From NCBI RefSeq assembly GCF_018977255.1, contig NW_024704748.1, forward strand, positions 14,570,001-14,634,000: DNA of 64,000 nt, read 5' to 3'. The notes beneath the pieces are model-generated. The model ran no database searches and was not told the origin of the DNA. It was given only the letters and a program-made list of their open reading frames with translations. A program made the translations under genes and the position numbers. Within the stretch, counting starts at the first letter, position 1. Every line of letters starts with the position of its first letter. This document shows positions 1-12,850 of this stretch, piece by piece. This DNA is from Callorhinchus milii (lineage: Eukaryota).

Positions 1-3000
1 AGTTGCAACAAGTGCAGGAAACATCAACTGCAGGTTTCACTTTTAGCTGACAATAAAGCGATGTGACGATTGGCCAGGGGTGTGCCAGCTGCAAACATGC
101 ATCTTTAGAGCAAACTTCAAATCAGTTTTTCCCAGTGAACCTTCCTACAAACAAAAAATGTATTTCTGGGTATAAAGTGCTTTATTTAATAGTTATGATC
201 TACAGTCTACCAGTAAAAGACATTAAAATAGTTTAGCTCCCTTTGGGTGTGTTTGAGTTGCTTTCATTCAGGATTCATGTGCAAGCCAAGCTCCTTGCCT
301 TGTTCAGACACTGAAAGATTTCAATTGATTCTAATACTGACCTAAAACAAGCTGTGATACATTCAGGACAGATTAGAGTAAACTAGCCTGCATTGGTTCT
401 GCTTTCTATAGGTCAATTGGAATTGGAGATGTTTCCCTACATGAAGGGTGCTATATAAATTCAAGTCATTGTTGTTGATGTATTTGAAGGGTAAATGATT
501 GCCAAGTCATAGTGGAATTGTACCCTGTGACAATTTAACAAGGCAATGAAAGAGAGCTGTGGTGGTTTTGTTTGCATTTGACTCTCTATAAGGATAGTTA
601 ATGAAAAGAGAGATTGTTGCCATTAAAAGCTAAAAGGTACAGGGAGGGAGAACATTTTTAAGGGTATGTTGGAACTTGGAAGCTTCAAACCCTGATCATG
701 TGGTATAGCCAACTCCCTTTTCCTCTTTATCCAGTCACTGGAATCCTGATCGGTTCTCTTTGTTGACTTGATTCTTTGAATTGCTGATTGCTAGCGGGTT
801 GAAACAATTTTTTTAGGCAGAAAAATCGGCCATGGGCTAATTGTTAGCTGTTTGGGTTTGGCGTTGAAAATTGTGATAACTGTTTGCTAATGAAATGCAT
901 TGAATTAGTAGCAATCATTAGGGATTATGAGGCTTGCTGACTTTTCACTTCATGTAAATAGACTATAACATTGATTTTAATGAGATTTAATCTGGTGACA
1001 AAGAAACGACTATTATTAACTCCATATAATGGGGAAATATGTAGTGGATGTGCTGAAATTGCAGCTGCTCCTGCCTCCACTCCCTTCTTATGGCCTTTGA
1101 GGGTTAATGGAACTTTTGGAATCGATGCACGTTCTGGCAAATAGCTCCCCTTCTCCTTGTCAAATTGGCTTAAAATGCTTTGTTTTGTCCAAGCACCGTG
1201 AACTGATAATATAAATGGAGATATTCCATCACAGTTTGTTCCCTGCTGTTTTAAAGAGAGAATGTCACTGTCGTGGCAGAGTTTCCAGGCAGACTGACAG
1301 CTCAGCTGAAAGTCCATGGCGGCCTGAGTAAACTTGTCTTGCAGCAGGTGGTGTGGTGTGTGTGCTGCGATGGGAAAGGTTTGTAATACGGTTTAACTCC
1401 AGTCGTCTTAATGAATTTTGGCGATCACATGGCTACAGTGGGTACAGAAAGCTCAAAAATGGTATTGTCGTACTGCAGAGCTTTCCTGTGCACAAAGAGC
1501 AATCTCTGCTCAGGAGTGTGATTAACTCAGTTTTGACATACGTCAATATCCCATTAAAATCTAGCCTTTGTCTGCCTAGAACACATGCTATGGTTGTGCA
1601 TCTAATGTAAACTCTCTTGAATCTTAAACAAGAAAGTGATACATCTTGGTATAAATGTATGTCGCACACTGTATATTACTGCTGGTTAGTGAAATTCAAT
1701 ATAATTTCCATCATACTTTTCACGATGTGATTTGGAAGCATGATATGCATTTATTAATGCAGGAAGTCTCCGATTAATAAATGGCCCCATTCTTGCACTC
1801 GCTAATCAATCAGACACGTTGCTGCAAGCACAGCAGTCATCTTGGTGGAGTCACAAGGAGTGTTTGTTCCTCTACAGTGATTCCGCTGCGTGTAGCTAAT
1901 TCAATCTGAAGATGGCCGTTGCGAGTCAGAACTGTGAACGTGCAAAGTGAGTCAGTGCGTAATGTTTTAATTAGAAGTTGGCAAACTCTCCTCCTTTTTC
2001 CCTTTTGTGAAAGCGTATGTTCCAGGGTATCTAAATTGTCTGTGATTCCAATTTTTTTTCAAGGTTGTGAGCAGGGCAGTGGTTTTATGGTCCTGTCGTG
2101 TCTACATGAGCTTGTCTTCAAAACCTGGAGTCGAACAAACTGGCCACTTTCTGGGTCTTGAGTTCAGGTCTGAGCTGACTGAACTAGGTTTCATTCCAGC
2201 TTGACCTGAACCAAACATATATAAGGAACTCTTCCTTTACAGTAAATAAAAATAGGAACTATGAAGCTCAATTGAATAAGGGCTTTTACATAGCACGTAA
2301 GCGGTTGGAGAGCTAGTAAATATATGAATTAATATTGAAGTGATTACAATTTATGTTGGTGTTGAAGAGTTGCGTCTGCTGAAAAAATTAGATTACTGCA
2401 ATCATACGTACCATTCCCGTTTAACCTGAGCAGGAAGATTGCATTTGCCACTTTAGTCTGTTAATGAAAAAAGTGTTATCCTATATTATTAATATAAACT
2501 GACCCACTTCCAATTCCCTGCTAACCTCTTCCCTGGAGAGGACGATCTCCAGTATCACAAAATGTTACACTTTGTGGCCCAGTGCCAGAGTCAAATGAGC
2601 AGACATGGAGTCATGGCTGTGAATACATTTTGTATTAGGCGTAGAAACTGCAAGGAAGAAGGTACTTTATACACAGTAATATCTCTGATTTAAGAGCCTG
2701 CTAACCACATATAGTAATGAGGTATGCAAATTGTATTAATCCACATTGATTAATCTCTGTGAAAAATAAGCCTCTATAATTGCATTTAATGTCAAGACAA
2801 CGCTTTTAGATTCAGAAGGAAGGGCTCCTTCCCTCTCCTTCACTTCATTGTGGTGTGCAAAGAAAATATTATTCTGGTCTCTCTCTGCTTTCATAAGAAT
2901 GCCTTCCTCAAAAAGCCCTTCTTCACAATCAGCGTTCTTGTAAATCTGATATAGCTGAAGGGATCATATGTGTCTTAGTTTCATTCAACAGTATGCCTAC

Positions 3001-4033
3001 CAAACACTGAGACATTGTACTGTTCTGGCTTTTGCATACAGCTATAGCAGTAAATTGCTTGGATCTGACATTAAAAAACTAACTGAAAGGCATGACTTGA
3101 AGCAGTGTTTAAGTTTTTCTTGACAGTGCTAGGGGCTGGATGTTACTGGTATTGTCGAGACCCTCACTCAGTATGAAAAGCCAGGTTTTAGCACGGTGGC
3201 ATCCCAGAAGAATTTGTTTGCAAATTTTCTGATCCCCCTCGAGCTTTTTGTTTACTCAATGATTATCATTTAATGACTGCAGTATCTAATGATAAACCTG
3301 TATTTTTCTTTGCACTTAAAACTCTGCCAAAAGTACAAATGGTAGCCAGAAAATACATTTTCAAGTTTTCGTCCAAAGTTTTCAATAAAAGGACTTTAAC
3401 TGGGGAAGGGGAGAAAACGGAGTTAATGAGAGCAAAGATAATATGAGGGTAGAACTTCTTTAGACTGGAGTTTCTACAGATGAGCATCCTTCATAGTCTA
3501 AAAATAACAATAAAATAATAATTAGAATGCTTTAATTTGATGTTCCACTTTATCGCATCGTGAAGACATCTCAAAGCGCTTCACAGGATGTACTGCAAAG
3601 TATTTTGTGTACTTTGTGGGCAAAACAGCAGCTTGCATTTATATTGCGCCCTTCACACTGGTTAGCATCTTAGAGCACTTCATGCAATATCATACAGTTT
3701 TAAATAGGAGAGCAACATTGTGCAGGTTGAAGAATAGCCAATTGTAAATACTATTTGTGTATAATGGCAGCTGGCATGATTTGGCTTTGTGCTAAATGAT
3801 TCCCTTTCTCTTATGTCTGGTACCAGTTTGTGAACACATTGGCTTGTGGAAAACACTTGTTGAACTACCAAGGCTGATTGACTGCTGGAGTGGAGACTCA
3901 GTAATTTGTGTTAATGGATAATGGACAATCTTTTATTTCCTGTGATCGCCTGTAATGTGGAATTAAATGTCATGCAGGAAAATCTCTCAGCTGCTCCCAG
4001 TAATCTCTTATCTTATTATCTTATTATCTGCAG

Positions 4034-4255
4034 GAAGTGACTACAGCGATGTGTTGCCTGAGTCATTCCCATCAACCCCTGCTGAACCACTGCCTCGATT
4101 CCTGGTGGAGCCATCGGATGCCTACATTGTGAAAAACAAGCCTGTGGTGATGACTTGTACAGCCACGCCAGCTACGCAGATCTATTTCAAGTGCAATGGG
4201 GACTGGGTGCACCAAAAGGATCATGTGACTGAAGAGAATGTGGACACGGTCACAG
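4034..4255 (+). CDS. UNC5B: UNC5B exon 2 (222 nt, phase 1-1), N-terminal half of Ig1
   Basis: ttatctgcag|GAAGTGAC...GTCACAG|gtagga; (G)[73 protein letters not shown](G). Confidence 0.95.
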
Positions 4256-6719
4256 GTAGGAATCATTCTTCTAGCACAATAAGGAATTCAGACTCCAGCA
4301 GCACATCAGTGTGTGCTATTAGCGAGACTCACAGATTTTGGTTCTGTGTTTTTTTCATCCTTTACAATGCATGCAAATGTGCCTTTCTGTACAACGAAGC
4401 ACAGATTGTCCTACTGCGAATCAGTTCCATTCTACCTCGGTTTATCATATGGAAATTTCACCTGTGATAATTGCGTGACCTTGGCAAGTATACCAGGCAG
4501 ATTGCCATTAGGCTGGTTTAGAAAGTAACCTGGCTTCTGCACGAGAACTTTGAGAGAGTGTTGAGTGACCCTATCACTCTCTTGATTGATGCACTTCCTG
4601 TCAGGAGTCAGAATTGAATCAGCTTTGATAATGGACAAATCTATCGCAAAAAGCAGAAGGCAGTGGAGAACCCAAAATCGAAAAGAATTAATTGCCATTT
4701 GATCCATACATAAGCACGCCAGGCTTGGAAACTCCATGACTTTTTATAGAATGGTTGAACCTTCAATCCCCTAAAAATTCAACAAAATCTATTAAAGTTG
4801 CAAAGATTATTTGTTAATTGAGTATTTGTAGTAGAAGGTTTTATGTAGCACTTTGTTTTATTTGCTCAGATGAGGCCCTCATCTGATTTTCTGTGGAAGT
4901 GGCTATATGTGGCATTTTAAACTGCACAGAAAATGGGTTTTCTTTCCCTCATGCCACACGGGCAAGACTCAAATGATTGCTGGTGTTCATTTCTGGTGTT
5001 ACAGCAAGTTGCAGATAACTTCAGCAGCTGAGAGTATATGGGTTTGTATCTGCTACCTCCTGGTTTACAGGCCACAGAGAAGGGATAGTAAGTGGATGGT
5101 ACTTTGACTCGCTCTTTCCCATTCTTTAGAAGGAAGGTCAAAAGGAACCAAATGCTTGCTTTTCTCTCCATTGATAATTTCTTTCTTAGTTGAATAATTT
5201 ATTTTCCTCATCCCTTTCTCCTCTTAGAGGCACAGACACATATTAGGAGTGTGAGGTGTGGATCTGCAGATACCAACAGCTATGCGGTAACTTTACTAAA
5301 GTGACCGTTCTTTATATGCACACAGTGACATATTAATAATAACATTAATAATACCACACAGTGAGTGCCAGCAAGCTGTTCAACAGCAAAGGCCATCAAA
5401 GCTGCACTATCTTAATTTTTAAGACAAAATGGTCTTGTAGGCAAAGACGAAGTTTAATTGCAAGCCTCAGGTTGTTGAAACTCTGGCTGATCGTCAACTC
5501 TGTAACCCCTGATGCTGAGACCGGTTATAATGCCTTTACTGTCCCCTAAAATATGCTGCTTCCAACTGCTCATGCTGAACTTTAAGCAAACATAAGGAAG
5601 CTGCACAAAACCCACATCGCAATATTTACACAATGTCTGGGGTCACATGTGCAGTTGGGCAATCGTCTCCTAGTATACCAATGGATTGAATCTGATTCAG
5701 AGCTTCAAGTATGTTTTCTCGATTGGCACAAGAAATGTTCCTGCTAGAAAACATCCTCAGTTGGTACCACCGGCCAGGCTTTCTTTTGCCAACTTTATTT
5801 CTTATACTTTTCATTCACCAGATAGTTGGTGATACAGTCACAGTGACGGAGATTCTAGCACCATCAGTGCCAATTAGGCACAGATACTGGTCTGAAAAGA
5901 CAACCTCACTGGTATGCAGAGCGTGAACTGCAGACAGCTTAAACTCGTGTTAAATGCTAATGTGTGTTTACATTACAAGGAGTATTCTTCCTGCTTTGAG
6001 CAGACCTATAATTATGCATTCAGAACACTGTCTCCATGATGTCTGTTCTTGGCCAACCTGAATGGCACCGATGGCATGTTTCTGTCAATACTCATTGTGG
6101 TGTCAGGACATATGTTATTTTTTAAGTACTGCTTATTTGCTTTCCCTTTGCTTAACAGCACAAAGACCCAATCCATGCTTGTAAGTAGGGCTTGTTTCGC
6201 CTGCGCTAATTAACTGCACTCATTGTGACATGAACAGACAGCAGGGCAAAAGTGGATTTCTGCTTATAGGACCCTGCATTTAAAAGTGTGCCTGTGATCA
6301 ATGTCATTTTATAAAATGTAAATGCTGAATTGAAAACAGACTGAGCGGCAGACATGAAAGATGTCTGCTAACAATTTTGGAGACACTTATATATTCAGCT
6401 GGTGCTCCAATTTTTGTTTTGTTTATTAAAAAAAGGACGTTGTGGTGTCTTTCTACTTTTTCACTATTTTTACTTTTAAATTTTACTTTTTACTCTATTC
6501 CTGTTTCATCCCAATCCTGTGTTCTCTTGGATTAAGGAGCCATATGTCTAAGTATGTGCAAACTATAGCCTGTGTCAAACTGTTAGAGGATCCTGAGATA
6601 GTACACTTCCCTCTGTTTAAGCAGAATAATTTATTTTCTACCTGTTGATCAGGCTTAATACCTGAGATTTAATTAAATTCTCATTTTGGGAATAAGAGGG
6701 GTGGAATAGTTTGGCATTA

Positions 6720-6990
6720 GAAGTTGAGGACGAGGATTCTTAACCTGGTCTGCAGGGGGGATAGGGTGTCAGTGGAGCTGGGCAAGAAAGGATGTAATGG
6801 ACTCTTGGAGGTGGGGAGACCAGCGAGCAGGAAATTGGAAGAGTAGTTTGGAAGTGACAATGGTTTGCACCCACTGCTCAGGGCTGCACAGGAGCAGCAA
6901 GGGGTGGCTTGGCTTTTACTTATTGTGGGCAAGTACTTTAGCTCAGCTTTCTCAGGCTCAGCCATGCGCCCAAACAACACTTCCACACAC
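6720..6990 (-). mobile_element. Decayed L2 ORF2 fragment
   Basis: Minus-strand translation NYSSNFLLAGLP...RLRILVL resembles the L2 DYCNSLLAGLP and RIxFKILVL motifs. Confidence 0.5.
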
Positions 6991-8188
6991 AGTGTGTCGC
7001 CACATCACAGCTATGTCTTAAGGGTTATTTCTATTTAGAGAAAGGGCAATTTGAGACAGACAAACAAAATTGCTGAGCTTCATTGCTGGCTGAAGACATG
7101 CTGACTTTGAATGAAACACAGCAGTACTTTTTAATCCAAAATTAAAGCAAAATATTAGAAATGCTAGGAATTAACATTTACTAAAATGTCAGTTTCAATC
7201 TATTCATTGTTTTTTCTATACAATGGAAAGTGGTGAGTCTGGCATGAAGGGCACTGTATAGATGCAAGTTGTTGCTGAGGGTTGAGAGGGTTAGAATGTG
7301 AATCCAGCCCACAAAATCACAAACCCGATCTCTTTGTTGGAGGTACAGTCCTCGTTTCTCACTCGTGTTCCTAGAAGGTTCAGCTGTGATCTACCATGGG
7401 ATTAGTAACCTCAGAGAGACCATGACAATGACTGTTGTGATCAATAGAACTGCTACACCTGGTGTTTCTCTGAGGCTGGGTGAAGGCACATGTTGTGGTG
7501 CAGTGGAGGGAGGTCCATCCTCTGTATCTAACCCTGGTCTGTGACTGCCCGATACTGATATTTGGCAAGATGAAAAATGAAGTTGTTTCCATCCACCCAC
7601 CTTGATGGTGAGTCAATGGAAACTATCCCCCGACCGCATCCATTGAATTGAATAAATATTTATCACCATAAATGAAAAGCAGTTATTATCTATTTACCTG
7701 TTTCACCCACAGAACTATCAACACTCGTGCTAGAGAATGTTATAAAATGCCAGGAAACCAGGAACTGCATTTCTCTTGGGAAATAGTTATGGGCTCCACG
7801 ACACTGTAAATAAACAGCAAGTGATTTGATATGTCTGCGGAAACTGTACACCAGAGAACTTGTGCCCTTTTCTCATTTCTCCTATTTGTTATTGTGAGCC
7901 TATGTTAAAATTGGGCAAAATTGTGAGCCATGAACTCCCAACACACGAAGAAGAAATTAAAATATGATGTTTTTTTGGTTTAAAGGAAGCAAATTCACAC
8001 TTGATTATAAAATGGGCTGAACTTGATAAGTGGAGCTGAAGTGAATTGTCATGCAGGATTGAGGAGTTAATTTTGACAAGAATAAACAAAAAGAATTTGT
8101 TGTGAAGCCACATCCATTTGTTTCACATTCTGTGTTTTAGCCTTTGGCTCTTGTAATTTCTCTATTTCTCTTGCTCTCTCTCGTGTAG

Positions 8189-8332
8189 GACTAGTGGTTC
8201 GAGAAGTTCATATCGAGGTCTCACGTCAGCAAGTGGAGGAACTGTTTGGTTTGGAAGACTACTGGTGCCAATGTGTAGCCTGGAGTGCCTCAGGCACAAC
8301 AAAGAGCAGGAGAGCCTATGTTCGCATTGCTT
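8189..8332 (+). CDS. UNC5B: UNC5B exon 3 (144 nt), C-terminal half of Ig1
   Basis: ctctcgtgtag|GACTAGTG...ATTGCTT|gtgagt; [47 protein letters not shown]. Confidence 0.96.
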
Positions 8333-8518
8333 GTGAGTATCTCTTAACTTTAATGTACTTGATGAACCTGGATTAGCCTCTGTGGTTTGGTTTTGCCTTC
8401 AGTATCTTTACAACACAACTTTAATTTTTTAAAAAAGGTATAAATCTGGATGAAGGTCAAAGTCAACATTCACAACAAAAACTACCTGTTTGGAGTTTAG
8501 CTTTTGCTACAATCAATT

Positions 8519-8737
8519 ACACACTCAACACACACCAAAACTGCCCATCCTGGCTACACTAACCACTTGTGTAACACATACTCGTGTACACACACACTCT
8601 CTCATTCTCTCTCTCACACACATATACACATCCTCACAACCCTACACAAAGAGACATACACTTCTCGCACACAGGCACCACTTGTGCACACACATATACA
8701 CACACTCTCTCACAACCTTTCACAAAACACACACACC
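8519..8737. repeat. Degenerate (CA)n/(CT)n low-complexity tract
   Basis: Interrupted ACAC and CTCT runs; source of the His/Thr-rich spurious ORFs at 8490-8766. Confidence 0.85.
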
Positions 8738-9953
8738 AGTTTAAAACCAGATGTATTGTAACATAACAACAGAAACCAGGGAGTAATTTCAAAGCTGCAT
8801 TGAATCTTGTCTGGGTTCAGATGACCAGTCTAGACATTCAGATTTGTTTTCGAGGCTTAGGAAGTCATCAAAGCTCTTTGATTGACACCCCTTCTCCCCG
8901 TAACAATATCAGTCTAACTCCCAGGTGCTGCCTGTTCTCTGCATGACTAACCCCAGCTCCTGCTGATACAGCACTCTGATGTGTGATCTGAAATAAACAT
9001 CATTCAATAGGTATATTAATATGAAGGTCTGGCTCACGCACACCAACCTCTTAGCCAGACTTGTGTTTGACTGATATGTAGGAAAAAAGGCTGAATTTTA
9101 TAAAGGAGGGTAATAGATGAAAGGATTTTCAGAGAGAACAAATCAATATGGAACAACAATTCCTAAAATATTTTTCTACAGCTTAAAACAACAGAAAATA
9201 CTCAGTGTATAGATAAAACCTGGCTTTTTTGTGGATGGTTTTCCATTACTGTCCGTCATTGCCACCTGTCAATTGACTCAGTGATGCTATCGATCATCAG
9301 TCAGAGCCAGAATTTGAAGCTCTGTCGTGTAAACGAATGTTCGGCATTTGTAAGATGAGTTTTTCACAGTGACGTAATCGCAAGGACGAGTACTTGAGTA
9401 AGAGGATAAAGAAGGTCACAGAGCATTTTTGATCTAAGCTGCTGCTTCTCTCGCCCCAATTCCTGCTGCTCGTTCCTTTCAAAAGGAAATGCTTGAAGCA
9501 GATATTATTGATGCTTGTTCATGGTGTTTTTTTCATGGCTCAGCCAAGAAGCCCAGCGAGGAGCCAATGTTATGACTGCAGCTGAAAGAATCCATTGTCT
9601 TTTTATGAAACTTTTTTTATTTTGAGCAAAACATGTGGAGGGCGGCATGGATTGTAAATCCAAATAGCACAGAGAGACCAATAAAGCGTTGTGAATCCTA
9701 ACACAGCAACCAGCCTGAATGTGCACAGCATAGATGTCATTGAGAGGTAATAAACTTGGGGCAGATTAAATTTAACCACTGGGTCTGTAGCTAGTCATTT
9801 GGAGAAGGATAAACGTAATGGAATATGATCATACCAACTGAGTGACATTGCAAGTAAAGGTGGATGAAGCTCAGTGGTTTCTGAGAAGACCGTCCCCCCC
9901 CCCCCACCCCTCCCACCATGATTTTAATTTAAGTTTCATTACTTTTGTTGCAG

Positions 9954-10057
9954 ACTTGAGGAAGAATTTTGAACAGGAACCACTTGGAACAGACGTCTCT
10001 CTGGAGCACGAGGTGCTGCTGCAATGCCGCCCACCAGAGGGGATCCCACCTGCAGAG
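9954..10057 (+). CDS. UNC5B: UNC5B exon 4 (104 nt), start of Ig2
   Basis: ttttgttgcag|ACTTGAGG...GCAGAG|gtacat; (Y)[34 protein letters not shown]. Confidence 0.95.
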
Positions 10058-12559
10058 GTACATTCTTCCCCCCCACCCCAACCCCCTCTCCACCCCATGT
10101 GTAAAGTTTGCACTCTTACCTGCACAGGTATACACACTGCACCGACCGCTGATGTTAAAGTTCCCACTCATTTGTGTAGGTTATAGGATTCACAAACCTT
10201 TATTCCCGCTCTCACCTGTACACCCACCTCAGACAAGTGTAAAATTCCCACTCTCATCCGGACAGTCGACTTGTGTTTACATTTCGCTGCTAGGGTTCTC
10301 CTGTGACAGCTACTGGAAGATGTCTAAGATGATTCTCCCTCTGTCTGTTGTTTTACCTTCTCAATTTGCAGAAACTCCCAGTGGTCAGTTATTACCTCAC
10401 CCGCACACGCACGCCCACACAGTCAGGCACATACATGTGAGGAACCTCAGATACAAAACTGTGTGTCAGTGCCGTGTCACTCCACCTCATTACATTCTCC
10501 TTTAAAACCCTTTAATATGTTTTTTGAATCTGGGGGCGAAAGCATGGTAGTCTTGCAACAGTGAATTCAAACATGGTGTCAGATGATAAAGATATGGATT
10601 GTGCACCAGTCTTATAAAGGTCTTGAAATCTAACTTTTGAAAATTCCCGTTGAAGATTACAAAGGACTATTGGGACACTTAATCTCTCTTTCCATTTCAG
10701 AGCAGAGATGTAATAGCTGTGAGGTTCAGAAGGATTTTTTTCTTTTAAAAAGCCTGAAGGGATTTTTAACTCTTTGTAAGACATTCTCAGCAGAGCTGCT
10801 AACATGAACCTGTTGACTGCTCATTCACTGCAACCTGAAGTATATTAGAGCTTTGGTGCTAGGATTGATCTCCACTTGAACATGCCGGAGGATGCAATCT
10901 GAATCAATGGTTTTCGCACGCTCAGTGGTTTCCAATTCAGCACTTTATATTTATGGTCAGAGGGCATTTTCTGATCTCTGGGGTGATTCCGCACAGACCA
11001 GCTCTGACTTGAACCACATTATTGCCCCGGGTTCTGTTTCTCTAACTGCAGGCTCGAGACTCATCCCCCAGCCGCAGGTGGAACGTGCCTGCCAGCACAC
11101 CTGGCGGCAGCATGAGAGCATGTTTAACCTTCTGTCCCAGGCTCTCTCGACCCCAGTTTCTGAGTTCCCCATGTCCCAGTGGTTACCATGCTGAAGCAGT
11201 GTTAAAAACATAACCGCACAATCCAGTGTAAAAGTTGGTTGCGGTTGTCAGTTGGTTAATGCTGAAGTCGTTTTGTTATATTTAGAGGATATAAATATAT
11301 TCATGAAGATGGAACGTGCATACCAGATTTTATAATAAATTATATAGCAGCATTTCACAGTCGTTTTGCTCCTGTTTTATAGTGTTTTTTTATTGCGAAG
11401 GTTGGTGTGATACAGATGCATCCAGTAAAATGACTATGATCTCTCTCTCTTTTTTCCACGTCATCTGGTGGCAGAATTTTGCTGCTGCCAGATTAAAAAG
11501 TGCCAAATGGTGTTTGAAATGGGAAGGGAGTGAACAGTCTTTGTTCTCTGATAGTTAACTGGATGGCTCTGACAAATTAGTCAGCCTCAGCAGACCCATC
11601 AGGGCTTTGATGAATGTCTCTGATTCAGCCCTGCAAGAAATCGTTACTGAAATATAACATTTACACTGTTTTTTGTGGTTTGTTTTGACATCTAACAACA
11701 TACTTAGCCTTCCCACCTTCTTCAATTACCAGTGATGTTGTGTTCTATAGGTGGGGGCATGAGTTGGCCAGTGTAAGTGAAGTGCCTTTAAATGATTTTG
11801 CTGAGCCATTTTGTTTCTTGATTTGGTCACAATAAATGATGTAGTCTGAAGTTCTCTACGCTCACTCTGGCACAAAGTATGGATGAGAGGAATAGCACCG
11901 AGTGTGTGGAGGGATTCAGCCAGCTGTAATATCCCAGTGTTCGGATTTTCTTTAATGAGAAGCTGATGTCTCTTACTGATGGAAACTGGTAACTGTTGCT
12001 ATCAGCTGACCACCACGCACAAGTTTACCAGGAAAGGAAGGAAATCACAGGCCTGAAATTTCACTTAGCCTGTGTGACCATCTTCTCTTCAAATTGAACA
12101 TTTTATTTCCACAAAATAGTAGAAATTCCTAACCTCCATTCCTAATTTGGAATCCGAGTGTTGTTTATAAAATGTGGAAAATCGGCTGCCAAATTAAGAC
12201 TGAATTGTCAAGATTTTTCCAGAATTCCACCCAATCTTAAATGCATGTCTTAAAGACATGCACTGCCCTCACCAACCTGTCAGTATATTGCCATCAATGG
12301 TGGCATTGTGCAGTCCTGTTATTACTCAGACTGTTTGCGAGTACGTTGGAAATCAAAGGAAAACAAAGGAGAAATTGGGTTAGATGGGGATGATAGCTAG
12401 TGGCAATGATTTACAATTCAGCAACGTGACCGAGTGCTTTTGTTGACACCATAAACCGTAAGATTGAGGCTTGTCGATAAAGCCATGGTCCTGGATTACC
12501 TGTGTAAAGGTGCTATTAGAACTTGCTCTTTGTAGGCTGCTAATATTGAAGGAGGTCGT

Positions 12560-12850
12560 CCCATCTGCTTGTTTAGGTGGATGTTAAAGATCCCATAAAA
12601 CTATTTGAAAAGCGAACAGAGTTTCTCCCAGTGTCTTAGATAACAATCTCTCCCCCACCTCCCCCCAACCTAAAATTTGGTGTCACTCACTTCATGGGAC
12701 ATTGCTCTCTGCAAATTGGCTGAAAAATTTGCCTACGAATATAAAGTCACTACGTTTCATAGCCTACTATATGAAGTGCTTTGAGATGTCCCATCCCCCC
12801 CTTCCCTGTCATGAAAGGCACTATATATCAAATGCAAAAATTATTCATTA
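12560..12850 (+). mobile_element. Old DeuSINE fragment (core plus tail)
   Basis: TAGGTGGATGTTAAAGATCCCAT, GAGTTTCTCCCAGTGTC, GGGACATTGCTCTCTGCAAATTGGCTG, ATGAAAGGCACTATATATCAAATGCAA. Confidence 0.7.

Noticed and set aside
1330-1339. p53 response element (mammalian UNC5B is a p53 target)
   Set aside because: Only isolated RRRCWWGYYY half-sites seen (here, ~6188, ~34724); no convincing paired full site.
8490-8766. His/Thr-rich ORFs and most other 60-150 aa ORFs in the track
   Set aside because: They arise from CA repeats, TE debris, antisense of exons or chance; no recognisable domains.
10100-10264. CRISPR-like repeat-spacer array
   Set aside because: Repeats are too degenerate, spacing is irregular, no cas genes are present, and the context is a vertebrate intron.
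11030-11083. Cryptic 26-nt exon (tctctaactgcag|...GCCGCAG|gtggaa)
   Set aside because: Weak donor and frame-shifting; no further support.
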